A stretch of 64,000 bases of DNA from Cyanidioschyzon merolae. Taxonomy: Eukaryota. The notes under the pieces are model-generated. The model saw nothing but the letters and a program-made list of their open reading frames with translations. It had not been told where the DNA came from and did no database searches. This document shows positions 10,346-21,503 of this stretch, piece by piece. The position numbers were made by a program, and so were the translations under genes. The DNA lies in NCBI GenBank assembly GCA_000091205.1, contig AP006502.2; one strand, written 5' to 3'. Numbering within the stretch: the first letter of the stretch is position 1; every line of letters begins with the position of its first letter.

Positions 10346-12292
10346 TCAGGTCCACGAGACGCCGTGGGTTGCAAGTAGGCGCGCTCCGCGAAGAGACTTG
10401 CTTTCAAATACACGGCGCATCTGCCGCACGAAATGGCGCACTCGACTACTCAACATCACCGTGCCGAAGAATATCGCCTTGCGAATATTTGCCCGCCGCC
10501 GCGAAATCGCAAACGCTGAACCGAAACGCTCGAGCGGAATGCTGAACGCTGCAGCGTACACGACGCTACGAATCACCGTGCGCGTGCCTTGGACAAACGA
10601 AATATACCGAGGCCACTGCCGGATGCGAAAGAGATCGCTGAGAATCTCGGCCCGGAAAAAAGAGAGCACGAGCGCCAACAAGGTCGCGAGGCGATAGAGC
10701 GGCGTCCCGAACTTGAGAAAAAATCGATAAATAACCGCTAGACGGAGCATGCGATATGTGACAGTGAATGCGGCGGATCGCCACGTACGCAAGTGGGTCC
10801 AATGGAAGCGCGGTAGCTGATAGAGTGCCGGCTTGCCGGCGACAATGCGACGACGTTGCAAGTACCAAAGCACATAGCTGCCGCAACCACACGGAACAAG
10901 GTACTCGAGAACTTTGCGACGACAACTGAGCTTCCCCGGCGGCAGCAGTTCATCAAGGCATGTCTCGAGGGCGAGCTTCAGCGTGCGACCCAAATCGCGA
11001 TGACCCCAGAAACATAACGATTCATAGAGACAGTAGACCATGCTTCGAACGATGGTGCGAACGGTAACCGTCGGGCGCGATGCTTGGTCGTACCACAACA
11101 GTGCCCAGCGTTTCCGCCACGGCACCACGAGAGCCGCGGAAGACGAACCGGTTTTCGCGTGAGAAGCAGCGCTGGGTACATCTCTGGCAGATAACCCCAT
11201 GACATGCCGTTCCCGTCGAAGTGATGCAGCAGAACGATCCACACTCTGTGCAAGCGCTTCAGTAGCGCGTCCGGCACACTGAGGTCGCACGATCGCTGGC
11301 TCTGCTGGCGAAGCGCTCTCCACACGAAGAGACACTGCGGGACTCGGCTCCGCTCTATCGTCCGGTGCCACACTCAGGGCCGCTCCATGCCTAACGATCT
11401 CGTCGTCTTCGACAGCTGCATCAGGTATATTCTCGGTTGTCTCTCGTGGTGTGCTCAGCGGGGAATCCTCATGCTGTTCAAGTTTCTGTAACATAAGGAG
11501 ATGGCGGAAACGGCGTAGAGCCTCTCTACGGGCACTTTGCGCTTGCGACGCCTCGTGCTGGCAGCCACGAAGTGAATCAATGGAATTGCTTCTCTTCAGG
11601 TGACCATCTGGCACCATCTTCGGACGCTGCGGTGGAGCCCAGTGATGTGCTGGTAGTACTCGTGCAGGTCCTGGTAACGAACCGCGCCCGGTCATCGACG
11701 GCGCGCAAACGGCAGCAGTGGCAAGTGCATCAGAGCGCATCATGTGCGCTCCGGCCGTCCAGGCAGGTTGCAACACGGCCACTCTGCCGAACTCCTGTGC
11801 AACTTCGTCTAAAAGTACATGGGAGAATGTTTCGCTCACATGCACCGGCATATCAAGGAGGAAAGTCGCGTGCATGGTTGCCTCGCTTCGAGTCCGCTTG
11901 AACAGAAACTCATTCGAACCCGATCGTCGTTCTCGCAACTGTCCATTTATATCGGGAGCTGAGGACAGCAACACTGCGAGTTCTCGCCAGCAGAGCCGCC
12001 TTGGCAAGCCCTCGAGACAACTCAACGAGACACTTCTTCGGAGGTGAGACTTTTCATTCAAAGTTTCACCCGAACTTTGAAAGCTAGGAAACGCCTCCGG
12101 CTCTGATGAACGCAGAAGCACACCCCGAGTTTCGAGACTCTCAGGGTTACGCTCGCTCGAGGCGTCACCACCGAGGGTACCACACCGAGTGCGCCCGTCG
12201 TCGCCTGCGATGGGGCCGTTCAGCCCCCTAATATCAGCAGCATCCGTAACGCGACAAGACGCTGGGAGCACACGGGCAGCCTTAGCGTCCAT
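10346..12292 (-). CDS. hypothetical protein with basic/aromatic hydrophobic C-terminal domain
   Basis: The track ORF starts at a GTG (12385); the first ATG is at 12290-12292 (MDAKAARVL...). The N-terminal 400 aa are low-complexity (S/A/R/P). The C-terminal ~250 aa are W/Y/R/L-rich with putative TM segments (LYRLATLLALVLSFF, VVYAAAFSIPL). No family recognised. Confidence 0.45.
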   Translation of the reverse strand: MDAKAARVLPASCRVTDAADIRGLNGPIAGDDGRTRCGTLGGDASSERNPESLETRGVLLRSSEPEAFPSFQSSGETLNEKSHLRRSVSLSCLEGLPRRLCWRELAVLLSSAPDINGQLRERRSGSNEFLFKRTRSEATMHATFLLDMPVHVSETFSHVLLDEVAQEFGRVAVLQPAWTAGAHMMRSDALATAAVCAPSMTGRGSLPGPARVLPAHHWAPPQRPKMVPDGHLKRSNSIDSLRGCQHEASQAQSARREALRRFRHLLMLQKLEQHEDSPLSTPRETTENIPDAAVEDDEIVRHGAALSVAPDDRAEPSPAVSLRVESASPAEPAIVRPQCAGRATEALAQSVDRSAASLRRERHVMGLSARDVPSAASHAKTGSSSAALVVPWRKRWALLWYDQASRPTVTVRTIVRSMVYCLYESLCFWGHRDLGRTLKLALETCLDELLPPGKLSCRRKVLEYLVPCGCGSYVLWYLQRRRIVAGKPALYQLPRFHWTHLRTWRSAAFTVTYRMLRLAVIYRFFLKFGTPLYRLATLLALVLSFFRAEILSDLFRIRQWPRYISFVQGTRTVIRSVVYAAAFSIPLERFGSAFAISRRRANIRKAIFFGTVMLSSRVRHFVRQMRRVFESKSLRGARLLATHGVSWT

Positions 12293-13292
12293 GATGATGC
12301 AGCCCGTCTCGCACACCAAGGTGCGGAGTGCACGTACCTGACCAAAGCGTCCACGCACGACAACCCAGGCACACGATCCACGCACGCGCTTCGCTTCGCG
12401 CGACGCTTTGCTCGATCGCGGCGCCTTGCCGGTTGCGATCCCGAGGGCGCTGCTGCCGCTCGTCGCTTACAGGTAACACACAGCGATGATTTTTCCGACG
12501 ACAACGCGTTTGTATGGACCATAGATTCCAGATTGCGGGACAGATGGGTATTCATAATCGAAAATGCGTCGACGGTGATGCACTTTACCTCCAAGTTCGA
12601 TTAATTATACTTCCTATCGGATGAACTAGTCGTGTCGTACCTTGTATCGTGCGGCGATTGCCCGCCTTGCTGCACTCGTCGTAGCGCTTGAACCGTTGGG
12701 TAGATGCATCACAGAGACAGAACGGCTTTGGCATACCTCGGCGGGCGTCGGTTCGAGGAATGCTTGAACTGACACGGGGTCAGAGTTTATCACCATGCTG
12801 GGAGCCGGGAAGCCGCGTAGACAGCCCTACTGCTTGCGGCAGCGCAAAGCGATATTATGGGAGTCCACTGCGACCATATCGACGCCCAGACGCAACCCTG
12901 AGCGCCCCCGATCCGGGAATAAACTGTGTTTCGGACGAGCTGCTCGGATCTCAGTAAAGCACTCGGCGCTAGGTGGAGCATGAAGCAAGAGTCTGGCAGA
13001 CTCGTCCGACTCGCGGGACCTTCCGCCTCGAAGGTCAACTTTCGACAATACGGAAACCTTTTCCTCTTTTTAACCCTAACCGTAAAGGGGCAAAGATATT
13101 GTTATGTCGTTGCTAGTTAGTGCTTCGTTTCTCTGCTTTTTTCTGCAGCGCGCTTGGTACTTTGCACCGAATCGATGGCGTTTGCGCCGCCTGTGCCAAT
13201 CGCGGGAAGCGCCTCAGGCCAGACGTGGCTTGCGCTAGGACTTCAGCTCAGGAGCTCGAGCGACCCCGGAGCGGAATGCTCGTCTCATACGC

Positions 13293-15602
13293 ATGAACTG
13301 CAGACGTCAGCTTACAATTAGAGCGCTCCATGGTGATGTAAAAGCTGAAACCTCGGATAAAAGACGCTGGAAACGACGTCTGCGGAGAGACGAGTGTTCG
13401 ATGCCGCCGACAGCGTCCGGCTGGACCCGCGGCAGCCGCTTGGACGCTGCTGGTGTCGCAGGCGTTGGCGGTGCGCAGCCTTCGGACCAGGACGCTGCCT
13501 GCCTTCTCTGGTGCGAACGATTCCGGCCGACGTGCGTTGAGGAGTTGGCTGTGGCGCCAAAGAAACGAGTTGAGATCGAGACTTGGCTCTGTCACGCTTG
13601 GGAGACGTGTTCGAACAGCCAGTTCGAAGCTGCGCCCTGTGCGCCGCAAGTGGCACTCATTTGGGGCCCTAGCGGTGCCGGGGCGTCAGCGACTTTGGAC
13701 GTTCTGGCCACCCAGCGATTTCGAGCGACGGTTGTACGATGGACTTGTACCGATCGCTACTTTGACACCGAGCTGGGAAGCGCCTCAGTACTGGAGAGCT
13801 TTCTAGAGTTTCTGTTGATGGTAAGCAACACGCCCGCGGATGAGTGGCGTGGCAACGCTAGCTTCACTCAACGGAGTTCGGTGACGCATCTACGCCAGCA
13901 GAACCAGCCTGGTGCGGAGCGGCTTGGGGCTAATGCCTCCGCCGGACACCACCACGACCGATATCTCGCCGTCGTCGAGGACTTTCCTGTGGGCATCCAA
14001 GAGCGCGACCACGCAGTTTACAGTTCGTTCCAGAGTCGTTTGCTTGCGCTGCTTGCCGGACTGCGACTGCCTTTGGCCTGGATCTTGCCCAGCGACCCGC
14101 ACTGGCGTGCTCGCCAGATTCGCTTCTTGTTCGGAGGCCAGGCAAAGCTGCCGGATCAGTTGCCGCCGTGGGTGCGACACATTGAGTTTCTCCCGGTGAC
14201 TGAGAGGCGCATTCAAACAGTTTTGCTTCAAATTGCCGCGAGACTGGCTGATGCGCGCGATGCCGATAGGTTTGGACGTTCCTCGGCACTGGAGCAGATT
14301 ACGGCAGAGTTAGCTCGACGATGTGCTGGCGACATCCGTCGGGCCATTCAATGGATGCAGTTCTGTTTCGTGGGCCAGGCGATGGAGCCTATTGCTGCGC
14401 CTGGTACGAAACCAACCAAGAGGGGACGCTTTCTTGAAAATTGGAAATGCTTGTCTGAACTGATGCAGCATTTCGAGGGAAATGCGCGGATCGGTCTCAG
14501 CCATATGATCGCGAGAATTCTCTACGATAAGCACCAAGCAGAAGAATGGCAGATCGATGATGAATACTGCATCGATGACATTGGACGCTCGTGCAATGCT
14601 GATGGAGATATCGGCAACATCACCTTGCCGACAACGGCTACAGAGTGCTCTATGTTTCTCAGTGCTTTGCACGAGAATTTCGTCGAGCATTTCGTACGAA
14701 TAGAGGACGTCGCTTTAGCGCTAGCGGATTTTAGTTACGCTGATATGATGCAGCGCAATAAGCTCGATGTCGAAGCGGTGATCGCGCTCCAAGTTGCTGT
14801 TTGCGGTGTACGCTGCGCCAACCGGTGCCACGCTCCTGCAAGGTTTCGGCCAATTCGTCTGCAGCCACGTCGGTATGGAACGCACGCCATCCGACCGAGT
14901 TCGACGTTGTATGATGAAAACGTGAACGATTATCGTGATGCGACAGGGCTTGGGCGTCGTGCATGGGAGCCGGCTGCGTTTACCATGCGGAGCAAAGCGA
15001 CACAATTACCGTGTTGGACATCCCCGGCGAATGACACGCTGGAGTCGGCTGAGTCCACGGCTCTGTTCCTGGATCCTATCGAGGATGCGGATAGCCGCCC
15101 GAGCAGGGCATCAGAAAACACAGGTCAACCTCTCCGTAACGATTGCACAAGGTCGGCAACACTACTAGAGACCACTCACGTATCGACAATCTGTGCACCC
15201 TGGTCTTCCAATCGTAGGAGGCGCTACAGCGTGCGAGTGATCAACGACAATGCGCTGCCGATGCACAGCGTTTCTGCAAATGCATCACGCATCTCAGCGG
15301 AAGCGGGACGCGCTCCTGGACCCTGGAGCGACCACGAGCCGGCAGCAGCATTTGCGGTGGGTCTCGCGAGCGATGAGTTCGGTCTGAGCGGCGAAGCGCA
15401 CTTACCGAGCAGCCGGAGACAACGCACATCCACATCGGGGACGTCACCCTCGCCAGCATACGAATCTTCAGTCGGAGAGGACACTGTGAGACGAGCCCGT
15501 GTTTCAGAGGCCCTTTCGCCCGACATTGAGCCTCGGGATCAAGTCCTGCATTGTCTCTTGGATATGTATGAGAAACGCACTGACCATTTGTGTGCATCAT
15601 GA
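13293..15602 (+). CDS. Rad17/Rad24-like checkpoint clamp loader subunit (RFC1-like AAA+), Walker A degenerate
   Basis: LWCERFRPTCVEELAVAPKKRVEIETWL matches the Rad17 N-terminal motif (W..K..P....EL..HKKK..E...WL). The Walker B region YLAVVEDFPVGIQERDH and the sensor-2 region CAGDIRRAIQWMQF match Rad17. Walker A reads GPSGAGASATL where GPPGCGK[ST] is expected. A long S/T/P/R-rich C-terminal tail follows. Confidence 0.75.
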   Translation: MNCRRQLTIRALHGDVKAETSDKRRWKRRLRRDECSMPPTASGWTRGSRLDAAGVAGVGGAQPSDQDAACLLWCERFRPTCVEELAVAPKKRVEIETWLCHAWETCSNSQFEAAPCAPQVALIWGPSGAGASATLDVLATQRFRATVVRWTCTDRYFDTELGSASVLESFLEFLLMVSNTPADEWRGNASFTQRSSVTHLRQQNQPGAERLGANASAGHHHDRYLAVVEDFPVGIQERDHAVYSSFQSRLLALLAGLRLPLAWILPSDPHWRARQIRFLFGGQAKLPDQLPPWVRHIEFLPVTERRIQTVLLQIAARLADARDADRFGRSSALEQITAELARRCAGDIRRAIQWMQFCFVGQAMEPIAAPGTKPTKRGRFLENWKCLSELMQHFEGNARIGLSHMIARILYDKHQAEEWQIDDEYCIDDIGRSCNADGDIGNITLPTTATECSMFLSALHENFVEHFVRIEDVALALADFSYADMMQRNKLDVEAVIALQVAVCGVRCANRCHAPARFRPIRLQPRRYGTHAIRPSSTLYDENVNDYRDATGLGRRAWEPAAFTMRSKATQLPCWTSPANDTLESAESTALFLDPIEDADSRPSRASENTGQPLRNDCTRSATLLETTHVSTICAPWSSNRRRRYSVRVINDNALPMHSVSANASRISAEAGRAPGPWSDHEPAAAFAVGLASDEFGLSGEAHLPSSRRQRTSTSGTSPSPAYESSVGEDTVRRARVSEALSPDIEPRDQVLHCLLDMYEKRTDHLCAS

Positions 15603-16492
15603 GTCAGCGTTCGATCTGCGGATATTTGCGGATACCTGATCAACCGCTGACGAAAAAGTGCATGCGCAATGACGCGCAACTAGCAATAAGAGACGGTAAA
15701 GTCGTACCGTTAGCTGGCCCTTGCCATTGGGTATATCGAATACGACCCCGCTCTGCCCAGGGCGCGGATATATTCAGCAAAGGCCCGCGCTCGCTAAGCA
15801 GCATTGTATATCGGCAACCGTGAGGCCGCTGCTGCTGCTGCTGCTGTGAGCGTACGTCTGCCCCTGGTATGCTTCGAGTCCAAGCCCGAGCATATTCCAG
15901 CGCATACCAGGGCGCCTGATTACGGTAACGTATCGTTGATGATGCTAGCCGCAGCTCGCGGGTTACCAGGTTGTGTTGGTATGCGCTTCAGAAGAGCGCT
16001 TGTCCGTTTGCTTGCATACGTGCATGCACGACGCAGCTCTGAACCCATTTGCGCTGCGCAGGCATGCTGCTGCAGTGAACACGAGTTTGAGCGCGGCGCG
16101 TTCAGCCAGTTGCAGTCTCTAGAAGATAAACAGACTTTACGTTGAGCTTACGGGAACCAGTTTCCGTCATGGATGACAGGAGCGTTTGTTGCGCTGGATA
16201 CAGCCCCACTTCGCCACGCTTCTGGGACAGGATGCCCACATATCGATATCTCACGTCCGAGATGCTCTTGAAACGCTCCACCTACCAAAACGCTCAACTG
16301 GAAACTGCGGAAACCTTCTCCGTGAGCACCTGCATTCGCGCCTCCCGCACTCGCCTCGAAAACCAACCTGCATGCAGGTTGATGAACGAGCAGGGGCCGA
16401 TCCAGCACACCTCTCCGCAAACAAACGCAGCAGAACGTACGCGCTTCCACGACACATGGTCACAGTGCACATGCGCCAGAACACATCGGTGA

Positions 16493-17176
16493 CTATACCA
16501 GATGCTTGACGAAACCGAAGCCGATAACAACGACGGCGTACAGTGCCAGCATTGACCAAATCACGAGCATCTCGGTCCTGCCCGGTACCATGTCCGTTCG
16601 CCGGTGGCTCTTGCTTCGATCACATGCATCCAGCAGCACTCCGAACGACTCGATAAGCAAGATGAGCGGGATCACAATCCACAAAACGTTGGCAAAAAAG
16701 AGGTAGACCCACTTGTGGACCCAGCTATTCGCCGGGTTCAGCTCGCGACTGCCGGTGAGCCACTCCGGACCGAACGTCATCCAGTTGCCGTAAATTTCAC
16801 CTGTTGCACAAATCACTTGCCAAAAATGTCGCCAAGGCCGTCGTCGGTATGTCCCATAGGCGAGAACGAGCGCTAACGGACCCCAGAGAAGCGCCGTCGG
16901 CACCTCAAGTGCCGCGGTGCAGTCGTGAAGACGACCCCAACGCGGATCCGCCTTTGCGTACTCTTTCCACGGTAGAGCCATGAAGTGATTTGAGCGCTCA
17001 ACTGTCACGGTGAGGGTAAGGATGAGCCACGGCAGCTCGAGCCCCAAGTGCGTGATCGCGTCCAGCAGGTACCAGACGATCACCGCTTTCTCGCCGGGAG
17101 TCAGCGGGTCGTCTGCCTTGAGGACTCGCGGAGCACTGCCCGAGCTGCTACTTTTATTCATCGCCACGTTCGCCAT
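16493..17176 (-). CDS. EBP-family sterol delta8-delta7 isomerase (emopamil-binding protein / EXPERA domain)
   Basis: LPWKEYAKADPRW, ALLWGPLALV, GEIYGNWMTF and NVLWIVIP align to human EBP motifs LWKEYAKGDSRY, CLWGPLSLW, GQIYGDVLYF and NALWLVLP. Catalytic-residue equivalents are present: H and E in THLGLE, E and T in ALEVPT, N and W in NVLW. ATG start. Confidence 0.85.
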   Translation of the reverse strand: MANVAMNKSSSSGSAPRVLKADDPLTPGEKAVIVWYLLDAITHLGLELPWLILTLTVTVERSNHFMALPWKEYAKADPRWGRLHDCTAALEVPTALLWGPLALVLAYGTYRRRPWRHFWQVICATGEIYGNWMTFGPEWLTGSRELNPANSWVHKWVYLFFANVLWIVIPLILLIESFGVLLDACDRSKSHRRTDMVPGRTEMLVIWSMLALYAVVVIGFGFVKHLV

Positions 17177-20100
17177 ATTCTAGGTTTTCAAACGAAGCGA
17201 CAGCTCTCTGGACGTAAACGAACGAATTCAGCACCGAGAGACGCTGTACGTCGATTTGGACAAAGCAAGATCAGCTGTGCATCACTAGTCTGCCGAGCGC
17301 AGGGCGATGATTGGCAGGGCGCCACCTCCGTGCGCCGCGCATGGAAACGGTGGCGATCGCGCGCATTCACCCTGTGGCGATGCGCGGCACGACTGAGACT
17401 GCAGCATGCGCCACCATTGATTCGCGCACGTCTGGTCGTTTCGATCTGCGTTGTGCGAACGCCACGTGTTCGCGCGGCGTCGTCAAGCGCGAATGCCTAC
17501 GCGGGATGGAATCGCTTTGTACAAAATTAGCGGAGGTGCAGCACTTGCCCAGGGAAACGTTTCCTGTGCCAGATCGAAGACGTTGCTGGACGCTTGCACC
17601 GTTCCATATCCAGGCGTTGATCGAGGTGGCGTTCCCGTACCGCTCTTTCCTGGATACTGATTTGTCTCATCAACATTGCCCGCATTTCAGCACGTTGCTT
17701 GCACAGCGTACGAGACAATTTCTTCGATCGTTCATCCGCCGCACAGCCGCTGGGCGCTCCGGCCGCACGAGATGGTATACAGCGACCAGATCGGAATTTA
17801 AAACGGCGAGGGAATTGAACGCATGAGGGCAAGAACGAATTCATCCCACCAGTAACAAAGCGTGCATGCACCATCTACGCCCAGCGTTGGATGCCTCGAT
17901 CAACAACCCGATATGTCTGACGCTTCCGAAGCGCGCCAGCGGCGTTGTTCCGCGTGAACTTTCGAGATGATGTGTGTCGTACGCAATAGGGGCATTGTGT
18001 TGGAAAGCGGAACATTTTTCATGAGGAACATCGTTGTCCAGTAGAGAGAGGGCATCGGATCTCTGCAACGACGATGGCACTGGTGCGGTGCAGGTCAGTG
18101 AGCCAGCAACGCTGAAGCGCCGCACATATATAGACCCAGAACCTGTTTCCTGGACACCTGGTGAAGAGTGCGTGTTTTCCCTGATTCGAGGTGAATGGCC
18201 ATAGAATGGTGTCACGTCAGTTTACCCCGTGACGCCGCCATGTCTTCACTCTATGCGCACGCAGCCGGTAGCAAACGTAGCACAGCTTTTTAGGTGACGG
18301 TGCACGAGGTCCGATCCAGCGACAAGATGCCTGCCAGGCACCTGAGATCAATCATCAGCCTGCGGCCTGCGTGTTCCTTGTTCGTTCGGCGCGCGTGCAG
18401 CCCGACCCGAGACTCTCGCAGGTATGCAGGGCGGTGCCTGCCTGCTTGTCTGTATGTCTGTATGTCTTTCTGACCAGCTGCTGATATGCGTTCCACGCGC
18501 GTATCGTTGCGCCTGGAATGGCCTCGCACTCAGCAGCACGTGCAAAAATGGGAGTGACTGGTTCAGGCCCAAGGTCTGATACGGATCAATGGACGCTTTC
18601 CCGGATGCCGAGAGCACTCTAGCCACCGGGGATCGCCAGTTCACGTACACGAGACTACGCTCAGAAAACTTATGATCATTAATGCCGTGCGTTGGCGACT
18701 CCAAGGTTGCTTGCCGAACCTGGGGGTCGAACCAATTATGATAGGTACCTGGGGACCGTCGCATGCAATTTCAGCGATGTGCATGGTGAGACGAGGACGT
18801 TTCTTGCTTGCTTTTCGAGGCTTGGCATGGGTGGCTCCGTACCAGCAAGTTACATACAATTTTAGATGAAATAGAATCGGTCCACTCACATGATGCGGGC
18901 GTACGATCCAAAGCTTTGGGCTCTTCACATTATCATGCGCACTAGTCATTGCCGACTGTTTATGCGATTGCTTCTTCTGGTCTCTTTCACCTCCGGCTTG
19001 AAATACACCGGTGTTTCCTTCTCTCAATCTCGACTTTCAGTCGTCGAAGAATGCTGATGGTAGCGTTAACGTCCCGATTTCGCTGCTTGCGGCTGCTATC
19101 GACGCACATCATCGTATACAGACGGTCGTTAGGATCGTCGCTTCTCTTGCGAGTTTCACCTGCTTCGTATGCAGCCTCAGTGCACCCCTGGGCAGCGGTG
19201 AAATTCGACTGTGGTCTGATGCTCCGCCAATGTCCATCTAAGGAACACCACCACCTCCACCTCCTACTCCATGTACCCTGAAGGCTGGCCTGTGGCACGT
19301 AAACGCTTGCTTCAGCACACGGTTGATGCCCTTGGCGGATACAGAAGCTTGCTGTCGATGGGCTCCTCTATCTCGTTCTCAAATGCCGTACCCGACAATC
19401 GCCGGCTTCGTCTTAGCGATTCCCCCAGCGAGGACTCTATCCGCTGAACGCACTAGCGCACTGCGTCGTATACCATCCAGAATTTGTGGTGCTCGATTCT
19501 GTCCATAATGTAAAGAGAACCGGAACGAATACCCCAGGTTAGAGAACAAGTCGACAAATTTCGATCCACTTACGTTGACTTCATACCAAGCGATGAAACA
19601 CCCTGCACTGGAAGAGATCGCGACGGTGACTGCAGTCCAATTGCATACACGTTTGCCGTGGAAGGACAAGTGACGCTGAGCCTCTCGGATCGTATCTCGT
19701 GACAGGTACAATGCTGGTGGGGTCGTAGCCGGCTTCGTCGATGGCCACCAAGCAAATGCATTTGTTTTTCGGCCAGAATGGATCATTTGACGTGACAAGT
19801 TCAGTGACCGCTCGAGACGAGCGCGTGAGCAGCGCGTCAACAGTCGCCGTCGAGTTGTTTTCGTTGTCAATTCATTTGGGCGGCGAGCTGCGCCTACGAG
19901 TTGCCTTCAACCAGAGGAAAAGCCTTGGAGAATGCGTGCTCTGAGCGTGCAGCGCGGAACTAGAGGAGATGAAGGGATACCACCACGCATGCGTTTGATA
20001 GTAATACCGTTTATTTTACGAATTGTCGTTCGATGGCGTCGCCACTCATCGTGATGGCAGTGACGAATCGAAACCCAGTAGCAGAGCGTCAAACGAGCCA

Positions 20101-21503
20101 CTCGTCAAGGCCGATCAAGAATCCTAAAACTTTGCATGAACCGGTGAGCGCCTTTCTGCTGCACTTTTGAATGTCGATGATTTAGAACTAGGAAAAAGCT
20201 CGGAAAAATCAAAACCAGGAGCAGGGCGGGCACTGCATTTTTCCATTCAAATCTGACACAGGTATAGAGGGAATCGAAACCAAAAGCGTGCCACCACAGG
20301 CGCATTCATCTACCCGAGAACCTCCGCGAGGCAAGTAAATGCAACAGCATTGGCAGGCAAGCACTTTTAAATGAGCGCGACTCGCTTTCGGTTTGGCGTT
20401 GTATTTCAGACGCGAAGCACCCGGATGCTGGGCACTCGCGACACACCCGACCCGAGTCCCGGTTGACGGAGGCTCACACGGTCCTCGCAAACTTGCACGC
20501 TTTTCGCTGTATCGACCATCAGGTATAACAAAGCGCGATGCCAAGAAAGCATCGCGTCCGAGTCTCGACGACGAGAGCTCGACCGGCATTCGCCAGGCCC
20601 CTCTGTAATGCTTGCAAGGAAGGACGCTGAAGCTGTATCGAAAGCAATGGCGAATGAACCCGTGAGCTTCGGATCGCCCGTTGCAAGCACGACGTGCATT
20701 CAGCAGCACCGAAGGCATTGTTTCCGCGCAAACCAAAACTCAGTGACGCGGTTACCGCCGTTGCACATGGCGGACGATCAGGATCCGCTCTCGAGTTGAG
20801 GTCGTCGGCTGGTTCGTGAGAGCCCAGCGCGCCAACACGCCTGCGAGGTACAAGCGGGTACAGCACGATTCGCCTCGATGATCGTTGGCAGCTACCAGTC
20901 GTCCGCTTCTTCCAGGGAACGATACACTGTCGAGCGATCGTTATTGTGTCGGTCTGGTTTCCGAGATCGATGTTGGTAAACGTTCGGTGCGTTTCGCATG
21001 CACCGACCCTAGTTGGAACCCAAGACCAGTGATTTGTTCCACTGTAGCTGCATGTGCACTTGCAGCGCGCGAATGTGTACACGCTTGTCTCTACCCGACA
21101 CGGGAAGGCTTCGCGCGTTTCGGTGCGAGCAGCGTCCATCTTTGTGCTGCGTCCAATGGCATAAAGCCTTGTTCACGAGAGTGCCGAGGCGTGCTCGCCG
21201 GGCCGCCAGACGACAGCCACCAATAACTCGTACCACACTCGCCACTGGTCTGTAACATGCGTGGAACGGGGTTTCACTCGCGAAACGCGGGCTGAACCCA
21301 GACAGTGCCATTGAATGCACTTTCCGCGTCGTAGAGAACCACCATCCGGGGCCATACTCGCGGCACACGTGAGACATCTATGCGGCGGTTTCCGTTCTAC
21401 GCACAGCAAGCGTGCCAGACCGCTTCAGGACGCCGGGCGGAAAAGCGTTTCTGGGACACAGCCGCATTGCTGTCTTATGTCTGTCCTGGCACGTTGCTCC
21501 GCG

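Noticed and set aside
13068-13086. Telomere-like string ttaaccctaaccgtaaa
   Set aside because: Fewer than two CCCTAA units with no array. Isolated occurrence, most likely chance.
18700-18770. Possible tRNA-like T-loop (ggttcgacccc on the minus strand)
   Set aside because: Flanking sequence could not be folded into acceptor, D and anticodon stems by eye. No tRNA is claimed without tRNAscan-SE.
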